From Candidatus Latescibacterota bacterium (lineage in GTDB: Bacteria > Latescibacterota > UBA2968 > SICM01), in contig CBDCJO010000001.1 of the NCBI GenBank assembly GCA_965217865.1, positions 160,001-224,000 of the forward strand: a stretch of 64,000 bases of DNA. Reading direction: 5' to 3'. Both the position numbers and the translations under genes were made by a program. The notes beneath the pieces were generated by a model. That model was not told the origin of the DNA, did not search any database, and saw only the letters and a program-made list of their open reading frames with translations. This document shows, piece by piece, positions 20,426 through 30,065 of the stretch (positions within the stretch are counted from its first letter, which is position 1; every line of letters starts with the position of its first letter).

Positions 20426-22021
20426 ATGCTCGCCCTGCTCAACGGCATCATCCACACCCTCGACCCAACCAGACCCCGTGCTTCGGCAATCCTCATTCAA
20501 GAAGACCGGATCGTCTCTTTGGGCGATGATCCGGAGATCCTCCCTTCAGCTGACCCCTCAGCCGAGAAGATCGACCTGCAGGGACGTACGGTTGTGCCGG
20601 GTTTCGTCGACGCTCACGTTCACCTCCTGAACCTCGGACTCAGCCTGCGGTCCGTCAACCTGGACGGCGTCCCATCGATCCGGAGATGCGTCGACCGGGT
20701 CAAAAATCAAGTGGACCGGGCCTCTTTCCAGTCGTGGGTGACCGGTCTGGGATGGAACTATACCATATGGGAGGAAGCTCGCTTTCCGCACCGGACCGAT
20801 CTCGACGAAATCTCTCCTTCGCATCCAGTGGTCCTCACGAGCAAAAACGGACACCAGGCCTGGTGCAACTCCGCAGCCCTCCGTCTTGCCGACATCCGTA
20901 AAAATACCTCTGATCCGCCTGGAGGAAGAATCGAGCGAGAGCCGGATGGCGAACCCACGGGGGTACTGTCCGAAGAGGCCATCCAACTGGTGACACGACA
21001 CGTCCCCGATCCTACGCCAGACTGCCTACTGGAAGCTTATCTGGATGCGCAGAGAATGGCCAACGCCAGGGGATTAACGGGATTTCACGATTGCGATGCT
21101 CACGGCTACGACGGGATCGCCATGCGGGAGATGCTTGAAGGGCTCCACCGCAATGACCGGCTCACACTTCGCGCTGTCCTGATGATCCCCGACGACCGGA
21201 TCGATGAAGCAATCGCCCGGGGCTGGAGAACCGGAGAGGGGAATAGTCACGTTCGCGTGGGTCCGGTCAAGGTCTTCGCGGACGGGGCCCTCGGCCCCCG
21301 TACAGCGGACATGCTCGACCCTTATGAGGGCGAGCCCCAAAACCGGGGCATGGTCGTCACGGAGGAAGGCCGGCTCTTCGACCTCACGGCAAAAGCCCAC
21401 GGCAACGGGCTGCAGTTGGCCGTCCACGCCATCGGTGACCGCGCAGTTCGCCGCTGCCTCGACGCGTTCGAAAGAAGCCTTCGGACGACTCCGGGGGATT
21501 TCAGACCGCGCATCGAGCACGTTCAGGTCGTGGATCCCGAGGATCTCGACAGATTCAGACCGCTCGGGGTCGTCGCCTCGATGCAGCCCATTCACGCCCC
21601 ATCTGACATGGAAATGGCCGATCGTTTCTGGGGCCCCCGTGTCCGATCGTCCTATGCCTGGCGCTCCCTCCTTGATGCGGGTGCGGAAGTGGCCTTCGGC
21701 TCCGACTGCCCGGTGGAGCCCCTCGATCCGCTTTTCGGGCTGTACGCCGCGGTGACGCGCAAACGGGGTGACGGTACCCCACCCGGAGGTTGGACACCGG
21801 AACAATGCATCACAATATCTGAGGCCCTTCACGCCTACACCCACGGATCTGCCTACGCCTCCGGTCAGGAGGCTCATCTGGGGACCCTGGCGCCCGGAAA
21901 GCTCGCAGACCTCGTCGTCCTGTCCCACGACATCCTTTCCATACCATCGGATGAGATCCCGGATGTAAAAGTGTTCATGACGATGGTTGGAGGGAGGACG
22001 GTTTTTCAGGCTGAAGAATGA
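20426..22021 (+). CDS. Amidohydrolase_3 (YtcJ-like)
   Basis: PGFVDAHVH, KVFADGALG, HAIGD, RIEH, GSDCPVE, PGKLADLVVL. Confidence 0.9.
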   Translation: MLALLNGIIHTLDPTRPRASAILIQEDRIVSLGDDPEILPSADPSAEKIDLQGRTVVPGFVDAHVHLLNLGLSLRSVNLDGVPSIRRCVDRVKNQVDRASFQSWVTGLGWNYTIWEEARFPHRTDLDEISPSHPVVLTSKNGHQAWCNSAALRLADIRKNTSDPPGGRIEREPDGEPTGVLSEEAIQLVTRHVPDPTPDCLLEAYLDAQRMANARGLTGFHDCDAHGYDGIAMREMLEGLHRNDRLTLRAVLMIPDDRIDEAIARGWRTGEGNSHVRVGPVKVFADGALGPRTADMLDPYEGEPQNRGMVVTEEGRLFDLTAKAHGNGLQLAVHAIGDRAVRRCLDAFERSLRTTPGDFRPRIEHVQVVDPEDLDRFRPLGVVASMQPIHAPSDMEMADRFWGPRVRSSYAWRSLLDAGAEVAFGSDCPVEPLDPLFGLYAAVTRKRGDGTPPGGWTPEQCITISEALHAYTHGSAYASGQEAHLGTLAPGKLADLVVLSHDILSIPSDEIPDVKVFMTMVGGRTVFQAEE

Positions 22022-22080
22022 GGGAGACATCCACCTGGTCTTATGGAACCTGGATTTATACGACATATCGTGAGTTCTCA

Positions 22081-22551
22081 ATGATTGAAATTGTTATTCC
22101 GGGTTATAAAACCCTGCGACTTGAGCATCTTGTCCTGGACTACAACGGGACCCTCGCTTGCGACGGGAAACGCCTTGACGGCGTTGAGGAACGTCTCGAA
22201 GCCCTCTCCCGTCAAGTGAGGGTTCACGTCCTGACAGCAGACACATTCGGAAAAGTAAGATCTGGAATGGAAAAAATTCCCTGCGAACTCTCCATTCTTC
22301 CCGTTGGCGATCAAGACAAAGGAAAGCTCGAATACATCCAGGGACTTGGCCCCGAGTCCACGGTATGTATCGGAAACGGACGGAATGATCGGCTCATGCT
22401 TAAGAACGCCTCCCTTGGAATAGCTGTGGTTCTTGAAGAAGGCGCTGCAATTGAAGCTCTTTCTGAAGCCGATGTTGTTTGTACGAGGATAAATGACGCT
22501 CTGGACCTGCTTCTGAACCCCCTGCGGTTGGTCGCAACCATGAGGTCTTAA
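22081..22551 (+). CDS. HAD-family soluble P-type ATPase-like protein
   Basis: LDYNGTLA, LTADTFG, IGNGRND, RLVATMR; start MIEIVIPG at 22081. Confidence 0.85.
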   Translation: MIEIVIPGYKTLRLEHLVLDYNGTLACDGKRLDGVEERLEALSRQVRVHVLTADTFGKVRSGMEKIPCELSILPVGDQDKGKLEYIQGLGPESTVCIGNGRNDRLMLKNASLGIAVVLEEGAAIEALSEADVVCTRINDALDLLLNPLRLVATMRS

Positions 22552-22607
22552 GGAAGCGGGTTTCGTTTTTTTCCCAGTGAGATCGAACGGATCGTTCTTA
22601 AATATTT

Positions 22608-23504
22608 GGTAATTAGGAAGATATTGGTACCAGATTCACCAGATATGAAGCAATAATTGGGAAGAGATCCTCGTCTTCCTGGTTGAATCTGAACTCTGTT
22701 TCCTTCAGGTATAAATGGAAATGATGTCGAGGGATTCCTCTGTATTGATATAGCCAATTTTTAGAAAAACTCCAGAAGCCTTCGATGCCATTGATGTGAT
22801 GTCGGCCTTTGCCTTTGGGCACCCCTTCTTCTTTTCGAACAACCACGTGGTCACCTTTGACTGACAGCCAAGTGTAGGCGTGCCAGTCATCGGTGTAGTA
22901 TAGACTGCCTGCTTTGGTGTGTGAGGTCACAAGCGGTGTAAGGGTGTTTCGACTTCGATCCGGAATGGGAAAGGTGAGGACTTTTCCGTTCCTCTGATAA
23001 AGCCCGAAAACCAAGTGTTTTCCGGCTGCTCCCCATCCACGCTTACCCTTATGATGACCTCCATACATCGCCTCGTCCAACTCGATCTCACCCCAAAGCA
23101 CCTGGTCCGTAAAGCTATGATCGTAGATGGCCTGGCGAAACGTGGTATAAATCCGCTGAGCCGTTTTCAGCGATACGGACAGGTAGTGCCTGGATCGGTA
23201 AGAGGGCACTCCCAATACAAACAGATAAAGTAAATGGGCAAGCTCGTCAAATGAAATTCGAAGCCTTTCAAGATAAGTGCCCGTGAAATCTTTAAACCGA
23301 TATCCACACCGTGAACACCTGAACCGATCGTCTTTTAATAAGGGCAACCTGCGCTGATAATCGCAGCTTGGACATCGCCTTTTTCCACCCCAACGGGCTG
23401 CACGAAAATAGGCCCTACTTATCTTGCAGTCATTTGCTAACTTAAGTGGATTAATTACCAGCATATTATTAATATACGCTGGTGCCAATATCTACTCAAT
23501 CACC
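22608..23504 (-). mobile_element. IS1595-family insertion sequence (897 bp)
   Basis: 26-bp TIRs GGTAATTAGGAAGATATTGGTACCAG and GGTGATTGAGTAGATATTGGCACCAG (21/26); lower GC; single transposase; no matching TSD. Confidence 0.9.
22613..23464 (-). CDS. IS1595-family DDE transposase
   Basis: Zn ribbon CPSC..CSRC, ELDEAMY, GKRGWGA, YTDDW, HINGIEGFW, YLKETEFRFN; stop codon lies inside the TIR. Confidence 0.92.
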   Translation of the reverse strand: MLVINPLKLANDCKISRAYFRAARWGGKRRCPSCDYQRRLPLLKDDRFRCSRCGYRFKDFTGTYLERLRISFDELAHLLYLFVLGVPSYRSRHYLSVSLKTAQRIYTTFRQAIYDHSFTDQVLWGEIELDEAMYGGHHKGKRGWGAAGKHLVFGLYQRNGKVLTFPIPDRSRNTLTPLVTSHTKAGSLYYTDDWHAYTWLSVKGDHVVVRKEEGVPKGKGRHHINGIEGFWSFSKNWLYQYRGIPRHHFHLYLKETEFRFNQEDEDLFPIIASYLVNLVPISS

Positions 23505-24351
23505 AACATTATAACCCCTCAAATCCTCTTCCGTGTTTGGATTCCATGCCAAAATGATCTTGCTGACATCACCGACCGCGGCCAAGCCCCCCCGGGGTGG
23601 CGATTCCGGACGTGATCAGAGACTTCACCTCAGAACGGGCGCTCTCGTTACCGGGCGGGTCCAGGGCACTCACCGCATAGAAATACTGTGTGCCCCCCTT
23701 CACATCTTTGTCGACAAAACTCGTAACAACCGATGTGGTATCCACCAGGAGAGCGAACGCGTCGGGAGTTCCCTCCGAACGGTATATGCGGAAACCGGAA
23801 AGACCGGTCAAGTCGGACCCCGTGGCGTCCGTGGAGGGTAAGGTCCAGCCCAGGGTGACTTCCCCCGTCGAGAGGTCTGTCAGGACCGACAAGTTCTGAG
23901 GGGGGGCCGGGGGAGAGGTGTCGCGGATAAGCTCCACCCCCACAGGATTCGATAAATCGCTGACCAGCCGGCCTCGGTTTACCGTGGAAATCCGGTAGTA
24001 ATAGATCACGGCTTCACCCGTGAAGGAACTGTCTACGAACGTATTCCTTCCAGTCGTAATGAGCGTGTCCCCCGCCACGTCACCCGAAAGAAAATCGAAA
24101 GTTCCGGTTGGTGACGTAGAGCGATAGACGCCGTAACCCAGCACGTTCGTGAATTCAGGCGGGGTCCAGGAAATTTGAATCCGACCAAACAATCCTGTTC
24201 CGGCGATCTCCGTCGGGGGGGCGGGTCTGCTCGCAAAGGCGCTGGACTGAGGATCAAGTGGGTTGTTGCGATCCCGGCCGCAGTGAGTGCCGATCAGCCC
24301 GAGGAAGATCGCAGCGTAAAGCCAAACCCGTGGCCATCGATCAACCCGCAT
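23505..24351 (-). pseudogene. Fibronectin type III repeat lipoprotein, frameshifted and IS-truncated
   Basis: Signal + Cys (GTHC-GRDRNNPLDP) and two FN3 repeats. A third repeat (TPGGLAAVGDVSKIILAWNPNTEEDLRGYNV) is restored by removing one base of the C7 run at 23587-23593 and then ends at the IS. Confidence 0.8.
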
Positions 24352-24445
24352 GTTAGCCCCTCCAGGGGTTCGATGCCGTTGTCGCCGCTTGTAGGATCAA
24401 AACCATATCTTCGGGACCCATTTCCCTGATTCCTCGAGAGATCGA

Positions 24446-24904
24446 TTAAAAGTTTTTCCGGATTTTTATCCCCAACCCCTTCTGCTGGTTGAACCCGGAG
24501 ATATCCAAACCCAATGTATCCGTGAATTTTAGCGACTCCTCGCCTTCCTTCTCGGAACCGTCCATAAGGAGAAGCCGGACCCCGGCCACCAGGAAAGCTG
24601 TCGAAATGACGACGCTGATCTGACTTTTCGTGTCTCGATCGCTCGTTCGTTTGAACAGGTCCGTTGCCTCGTTGGCAGTCGTGGCGCTCTTATAACGATC
24701 ATACAATTTATTCGCTTCTCGCCGGTAATCCCAAGCCCTGATGGCCAGGTAACCGCTTCCGCTCAAGAACAGGGCCGTGAACGTCCTCCGTGCCGTGAAG
24801 GTCGTTTTGGCCTCCAGAGCGGCAGGAACCACACCTGCTCCTAAGAAAAGGAGGGCAAGAAATACAGCGATAACATTCCGGCTACAGCCCGGAAATCGCA
24901 TCAC
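24446..24904 (-). CDS. Hypothetical membrane/exported protein
   Basis: Signal peptide plus two hydrophobic helices; C-terminal Phe; AAGGAG RBS. Confidence 0.7.
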   Translation of the reverse strand: MMRFPGCSRNVIAVFLALLFLGAGVVPAALEAKTTFTARRTFTALFLSGSGYLAIRAWDYRREANKLYDRYKSATTANEATDLFKRTSDRDTKSQISVVISTAFLVAGVRLLLMDGSEKEGEESLKFTDTLGLDISGFNQQKGLGIKIRKNF

Positions 24905-25231
24905 GGGCTCCTTTCATGAGCGTTCTCCTCCCCACCTACGGAACTGGGTAAAGGTCCCCCATTCCCGGGGGGTTGTGTGGAAACCCTGGTATGGACCGAT
25001 CGTCAACTTGAAAAAACAGGAAGTGTCCCGATGAAAAAAACGGGCGCGACAGGCCCTCTTCAGGCCCGAATAAGGTGGGGAGAACAACAACTGAAGCCGT
25101 CGTGGGGGGACGACCTATGGTTCTGCTATGGGGTTCTGATGTGCATATTATAAGGTAGATGGGCCAAAAAAGCAATCATAAATCTTATCTCGGTCATCTT
25201 GGAGGTATCGAGAAACCTCGATCGTGCTGCC

Positions 25232-26233
25232 TTACGGCGCTGAATGCCCTCCTTCACTCCCTGGATGCCCCTCCCCGACTTGTTGCAGCCGCCCTTTTTC
25301 ACCCGCCTTTCGAAATATGAAAATGACACCCCCCAAAAGACTGGCTGCAATCCCCGATAAATAACCCATGAACATCAGAGCCATCGAAGGGGCCGGTCCG
25401 ACCGCCACACGTTGAAGCAAAAAAGCTCCGAAGTTTTCACGCACTCCGATGCCGCCGAATGAGATCGGAATCGCAGCCACCACGGCTATGATGGGGATGA
25501 AAACCAAAAAATGGCGGAAGGAGACCCCAAGCCCGAGGGCATGCCCGACGGTATAGTATACAGCGACTCGCAGCAACTGAACGAAAGCGGAGAGGACAAG
25601 AACGATCGCAAGCGTGCCCATTCGAGATCGATACAGGATAAAACTTCCCCTGATCTTTCCGATCCGCTCTCCCAGCGGCAAGGGCAATAAACGACGACCG
25701 ACGTGTTCAATCAGACCGCTTAACCTCCTGCTAAAACCCATGGCGAGTAGCCCCGCGAGAAACAGGCAAAGCCCCGCGATCGGAATCAACAGGTCAAATC
25801 CCCACAGGGTTGGGGAGAAAATGTATGCCACCAGCGAAAAAATGATCATCGTAAACAGGCCCATGAACCTGTCTACGAAGGTTGCCGCAAATGCGGGGGA
25901 TCCCTCTCCCGTCGTCCGTTTGAGATCATAAATTCGGACTGCGTCTCCCCCGATGTTGCTGATCAGGAAATTGTTGAAAAAGACACCCACCATGTAGAGC
26001 ATCTGAACGTGCAGGTGTGATAAGGCGATCCCCTGTGCTCTTAAGAGAAGATGCCACTGGACACCCCCGAGGAGGTTGCTGATCACAAAGATGGCAACCG
26101 AAGCAGAGAGCAGGCTGACATCGGCCCCCTTGAAAGCTGTTATAACATCCGCCCAGCCGAACTTCATGAAGAATACGGTGATGAGCCCTGCGCTGACGAC
26201 GGCCTTCAACAGAAACAGCAGGAAATGCCTCAA
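25232..26233 (-). CDS. Lysylphosphatidylglycerol synthase TM-domain / flippase-like protein (UPF0104)
   Basis: FFNNFL..NIGGDAVR, DRFMG, PISFGGIGVRE; multi-TM. Confidence 0.85.
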   Translation of the reverse strand: MRHFLLFLLKAVVSAGLITVFFMKFGWADVITAFKGADVSLLSASVAIFVISNLLGGVQWHLLLRAQGIALSHLHVQMLYMVGVFFNNFLISNIGGDAVRIYDLKRTTGEGSPAFAATFVDRFMGLFTMIIFSLVAYIFSPTLWGFDLLIPIAGLCLFLAGLLAMGFSRRLSGLIEHVGRRLLPLPLGERIGKIRGSFILYRSRMGTLAIVLVLSAFVQLLRVAVYYTVGHALGLGVSFRHFLVFIPIIAVVAAIPISFGGIGVRENFGAFLLQRVAVGPAPSMALMFMGYLSGIAASLLGGVIFIFRKAGEKGRLQQVGEGHPGSEGGHSAP

Positions 26234-26287
26234 AGTTTCCCTCAGTCGATAACGAATCCGGTCATAAAATTAGATTCCGTTCCAACA

Positions 26288-27319
26288 TCAACAGCCCACA
26301 TCACTCGCCCGAACGATCCCTTTAACGAAATGTTGATAGGCGATCGAACCCATGAAGATCCGTCCATCAATTTCCCGATCCGCCACCCTCCGAATCATCT
26401 GAGATTTCCGGCGGCCTCGCAGGAGCGCCAATGGGTGAAATACCAGCCACACGAAGGCCTGCACGACAGCCAATGGACGTTTCCATTCGAGGCGGGAACA
26501 ATCCCGAAGAATCGTCAGAACCTCAAGCCCGATTCGAACGGGTAATACCCATAAGAGACGTTGGGACGAGCAATTTTTGATCAGGGTGATCAGGTTGTTT
26601 CGATGATTCAGATAGAGCTTCTTAACGTGAGCCCCGGACAGCGTCCACCCCGAATAGTGATAAATTACGGAGGTGGGTACCGAAGATATGGTTCCCCCGG
26701 ATATTTGGATTCGCCAGCAGAGATCGATTTCCTCCCAGTGCATCCATAGGTTTTCATCGAGGAACCCTGTCACATCGAGGATTTTCCTCCGAATTAAAAT
26801 CGCGGTCCCCGAAGCCCAGAAAATGGGTCTCGGCTCATCGTACTGACCCCAGTCCTCCTCTGTCACATTGAAGACGCGGCCCAAACAGAACGCATATCCA
26901 AAACAATCGATAAGACCTCCAGCCGCCCCCGAATAGTCGAACCGGTCTCGGTCTCTGGAGGAGCGGATCTTGGGTTGGCATGCGGCAAATTCCGGATGTC
27001 CTTCCATGGTTTCGACCAGGGGTTCCAGCCAGCCGTCGGTGACTTCTACATCGTTGTTCAGGAGTAAAACATACCGGCTTCTGGCTGCCCTCAACCCCCT
27101 ATTGCACGCAGCGGCAAATCCGATATTGCGTTCATTTCGGAGGACCTCGATTTGAGGAAATCTGTCCTTCGCCCGTTGGATGCTCTTGTGATCGGGATAA
27201 TCATCTATCACAAGCACGCGCGTCGGAATTCGTGTCCGGGAGAACAGGTATTCCAGACATTCCAGCAGGATTTCGCCCTCATAGTGGGGTATGACGATAG
27301 TGACGAGCGGTTCGGACAT
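26288..27319 (-). CDS. Glycosyltransferase family 2
   Basis: IVIPHY, NIGFAAACN, LLNNDVE, FWASG, EEIDLCWR. Confidence 0.9.
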   Translation of the reverse strand: MSEPLVTIVIPHYEGEILLECLEYLFSRTRIPTRVLVIDDYPDHKSIQRAKDRFPQIEVLRNERNIGFAAACNRGLRAARSRYVLLLNNDVEVTDGWLEPLVETMEGHPEFAACQPKIRSSRDRDRFDYSGAAGGLIDCFGYAFCLGRVFNVTEEDWGQYDEPRPIFWASGTAILIRRKILDVTGFLDENLWMHWEEIDLCWRIQISGGTISSVPTSVIYHYSGWTLSGAHVKKLYLNHRNNLITLIKNCSSQRLLWVLPVRIGLEVLTILRDCSRLEWKRPLAVVQAFVWLVFHPLALLRGRRKSQMIRRVADREIDGRIFMGSIAYQHFVKGIVRASDVGC

Positions 27320-27445
27320 AGGAAGAAAGTGGGAAGCCCGGAGTCGTTACCGAATCTCTTTGACGCCGGATTCCGGACAGAATGACTTCACGATTTTGAT
27401 CTTCTCCTGGTTCCCGGGATTCTGGTGCAGGGTGGGTCGGATGGG

Positions 27446-29749
27446 CTATTTTTTCAGGACTTTTCCCCGGAGATAATTTAAGGCCTCCTTGACGGACTTG
27501 TCCTCCGGATTCATCTTTCTCAACTCCTCCAGGGCTACGATCGCTTCGGGAATAGAACCTTTCCTTTCAAGGGCGACGGCTATGTTGAATTTCGCGGACT
27601 CAATGACTCGTAGCTTTTCTGACCCGCTCATGCCATCCCCCCCCCGAACACCGTCGATCGCCCTCCTGTAAAGATCGATAGCTTGATCGAAAGCCCCCAC
27701 CTCGACCATCGCATCAGCAAACCCGAGCCGCTGTCCCGGATCGGATTCCAGAATCACATTTTCCGCCCAGCGAAGGACCTCTCGTGCCTTCTCCTTTTCC
27801 CCATCCTCGTGGAAGGCCCTTGCCACACGGAGGCAGACGGATTTATAGTTCGAAAGAAGGTCTTCGGTATCCCCCTCCTTGGAGATCTCCGCGTCATTGA
27901 TCCCACGGAGTCTATAGACCTCACGAAGATTATGCCACGCCAGATCCGGATCTATCAAAACCCCTCGACGATCCCCCACCCTCGACGCCATCCCTTCCAT
28001 CACGAGAAAGGGCTCCAGGCCAACGGTGTTCTCCTGTGGAACCGTAACGGCGAAGTAGATAGGTCGCTTGCCTTCGGCCCACGCGATCGTTTTCCAGATC
28101 ATGACATCCTGGGCTCGAAGATACAGGTAGGGGGTTTTCGGGATCTCCCACGTGATCCCTCCTGCGCTGACGGCTTTTGTCTTTGGCCAGAATCGGCCGC
28201 TTCTGATCACTTCATCGGCCTCGTTGATCGTGAGCGTCTCGATCTGATCATCCGAATAAGGAATCGGTAAACGGGGTTCGGAATCCCGGAGCTGCTTGAT
28301 ATACCAAGAAGTGTTCAGAAGACTCAGATTGACCACCCGAACATCTTTGCGAACCCCCCCGACTTCCTGAAGGTACCAGAGCGGGTAGGTGTCATTGTCC
28401 CCATTCGTGAACAGAATTGCGTTTTGCCTGCACGTTTGGAGAATATTGTGGGCATAGTCCTGGGCGATAAAATTTCCAGTGCGATCGTGCCTTTCAAATC
28501 CCGATGCTGCAATCCCGGCGGGGATCAGCAAAAGGATGGCGCCAGTGGCAGCGCGTATCCACGGCCTCCTTCTAACGGCCCAAATCAAATCCGCCGCCCC
28601 CAACCCCATCCAGATGGCAAATGCCGCAAACGCCCCCACGAAAACATAATCCCGCTCTCTGGGTTCCGGATCCTCCATATTCAGGTAGACGATCAGGCCA
28701 AGGCTCATGATGATGAACAGCGTCGACATCGCCATAAAGCGCCTCGGATCCTTCCGAAAGTGGACGGTCATGCCCCAAAACCCCAAAACGTATGGAATGG
28801 GGGAAAAGATCACTCTCATCCCCTCCGGCCCCGTTGCCTTTCGGAAGGCTTCCGAAACGATACTCGGGAAATGGAGCGGGAACTGTTGAAGAAGGTATTT
28901 TACGCCCATGTTCCAGATCTGGTAGTCCCAGAATTGAGCTTTCCGATTAAACACGTTCAAAATCAGGCTTCCTTCCACGTACTGGTCCCGGGTCAAAAAC
29001 TTCCAGAAGTTAGAAAGCGTTTCAGGGTCGTTCTGGTCGATTGCCGGTTGAAGGCCGGAGCGAATGAATAACGTTAGGTAAACGGAATATCCAAGCAGGA
29101 ACAAAACGGTTGAACCCACCCATAGTTTTGGCCGTCCGAATGGTCTCGCATCCGTATAGATGATGAGAAGCAAAATTGTAGGGACCGTCAAGAGGCACAT
29201 CAGATGCACCCCACCCCCCAGGCCGAAAAGGTATGCGATGAGAAGAAGGAGACGATCGCTCCAGGGCTCGTTATGCCTTTCCACCCAGACCAGCGCCAGG
29301 TAGAGACCGAGGGAGGTAAACAGCATCGAGAAACCGTATACCTCCGCCTCTGTTGCATTGAGCCAAAAGGTGCTCGAGAAGGCCAGGCTCAGGGAACCGA
29401 CCGCCCCTCCGATATGCGCCGAAATCCTGGCCTCGCGTCCCGACCTCAAACCGATCAACCTAACGGTAACCAGATAGATCAAGCTCACAGAGAGGGCGCT
29501 CGTAAACACGGAAACCAGATTTACCCGAAAAGCAACATCCGAGGTTATCGGTATAAAGCTGAACAAACGCCCGATCAGCACAAACAGGGGTGAACCGGGG
29601 GGATGGGGCACCCCAAGCGTAGTCGCGCAAGCGATAAATTCACCACAATCCCAGAACGACACGGATGGAGCCATCGTCTTCAGGTAGATCCCCAAGGCAA
29701 TCAGGAAAACCCCTCCTGCAACGTATCGGTTCAATCCGTTTTGATCCAT
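27446..29749 (-). CDS. DUF2723 (TMEM260-like GT-C) membrane protein with C-terminal TPR
   Basis: SFWDCGEFIA..LGVPHPPG, EAEVY, PRERDY, FTNGDNDTYPLWY, VNLSLL; start MDQNG at 29749. Confidence 0.88.
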   Translation of the reverse strand: MDQNGLNRYVAGGVFLIALGIYLKTMAPSVSFWDCGEFIACATTLGVPHPPGSPLFVLIGRLFSFIPITSDVAFRVNLVSVFTSALSVSLIYLVTVRLIGLRSGREARISAHIGGAVGSLSLAFSSTFWLNATEAEVYGFSMLFTSLGLYLALVWVERHNEPWSDRLLLLIAYLFGLGGGVHLMCLLTVPTILLLIIYTDARPFGRPKLWVGSTVLFLLGYSVYLTLFIRSGLQPAIDQNDPETLSNFWKFLTRDQYVEGSLILNVFNRKAQFWDYQIWNMGVKYLLQQFPLHFPSIVSEAFRKATGPEGMRVIFSPIPYVLGFWGMTVHFRKDPRRFMAMSTLFIIMSLGLIVYLNMEDPEPRERDYVFVGAFAAFAIWMGLGAADLIWAVRRRPWIRAATGAILLLIPAGIAASGFERHDRTGNFIAQDYAHNILQTCRQNAILFTNGDNDTYPLWYLQEVGGVRKDVRVVNLSLLNTSWYIKQLRDSEPRLPIPYSDDQIETLTINEADEVIRSGRFWPKTKAVSAGGITWEIPKTPYLYLRAQDVMIWKTIAWAEGKRPIYFAVTVPQENTVGLEPFLVMEGMASRVGDRRGVLIDPDLAWHNLREVYRLRGINDAEISKEGDTEDLLSNYKSVCLRVARAFHEDGEKEKAREVLRWAENVILESDPGQRLGFADAMVEVGAFDQAIDLYRRAIDGVRGGDGMSGSEKLRVIESAKFNIAVALERKGSIPEAIVALEELRKMNPEDKSVKEALNYLRGKVLKK

Positions 29750-29840
29750 ATCGAAACGCTTGACATGACGAAGAAAATAGAGTTCAATAATAAACAACCG
29801 TCGCCCGGTAGGTGGATTTGGCTTGAGCTGGTGGGATATG

Positions 29841-29963
29841 ACCCACCCCGCCCGGGCTTAAGTCACGCCGGGGGACCCCTCCAGGGAGGGGATTTGGTGA
29901 CCGTTGTTTGGAATACGCCTTGAATATGGAAGTCCCCTCCTTGGAGGGGATTTAGGGGTGGGT
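29841..29963. repeat. Inverted pair of REP-like palindromes
   Basis: ACCCACCCC...CCCCTCCAGGGAGGGGA and TCCCCTCCTTGGAGGGGA..GGGGTGGGT. Confidence 0.65.
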
Positions 29964-29966
29964 CTG

Positions 29967-30045
29967 ATGAGGAGAAAGATCCTCAAATACAATCCAAAGC
30001 TAAAGGTGCTTGCCAGAAAGCTGAGAAAGAACATGACTCTGGCGA
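29967..30045 (+). pseudogene. N-terminal remnant of a DUF559 endonuclease-domain gene
   Basis: MRRKILKYNPKLKVLARKLRKNMTLA matches the typical DUF559 N-terminus (YNPxLxxxARxLRKNxTxAE) but breaks off, in frame with the CinA-C gene. Confidence 0.6.
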
Positions 30046-30065
30046 CCCCTAAACGGGAAGGAACT

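Noticed and set aside
21074-22081. Long antisense ORFs (also 15091-16050, 35959-36873, 42009-42833, 10284-11075)
   Set aside because: Shadow frames of well-supported genes in GC-rich DNA, with no recognisable motifs.
22584-22606. Short similarity (AACGGATCGTT core) to 34516-34536
   Set aside because: About 11-bp core with no extension; consistent with chance.
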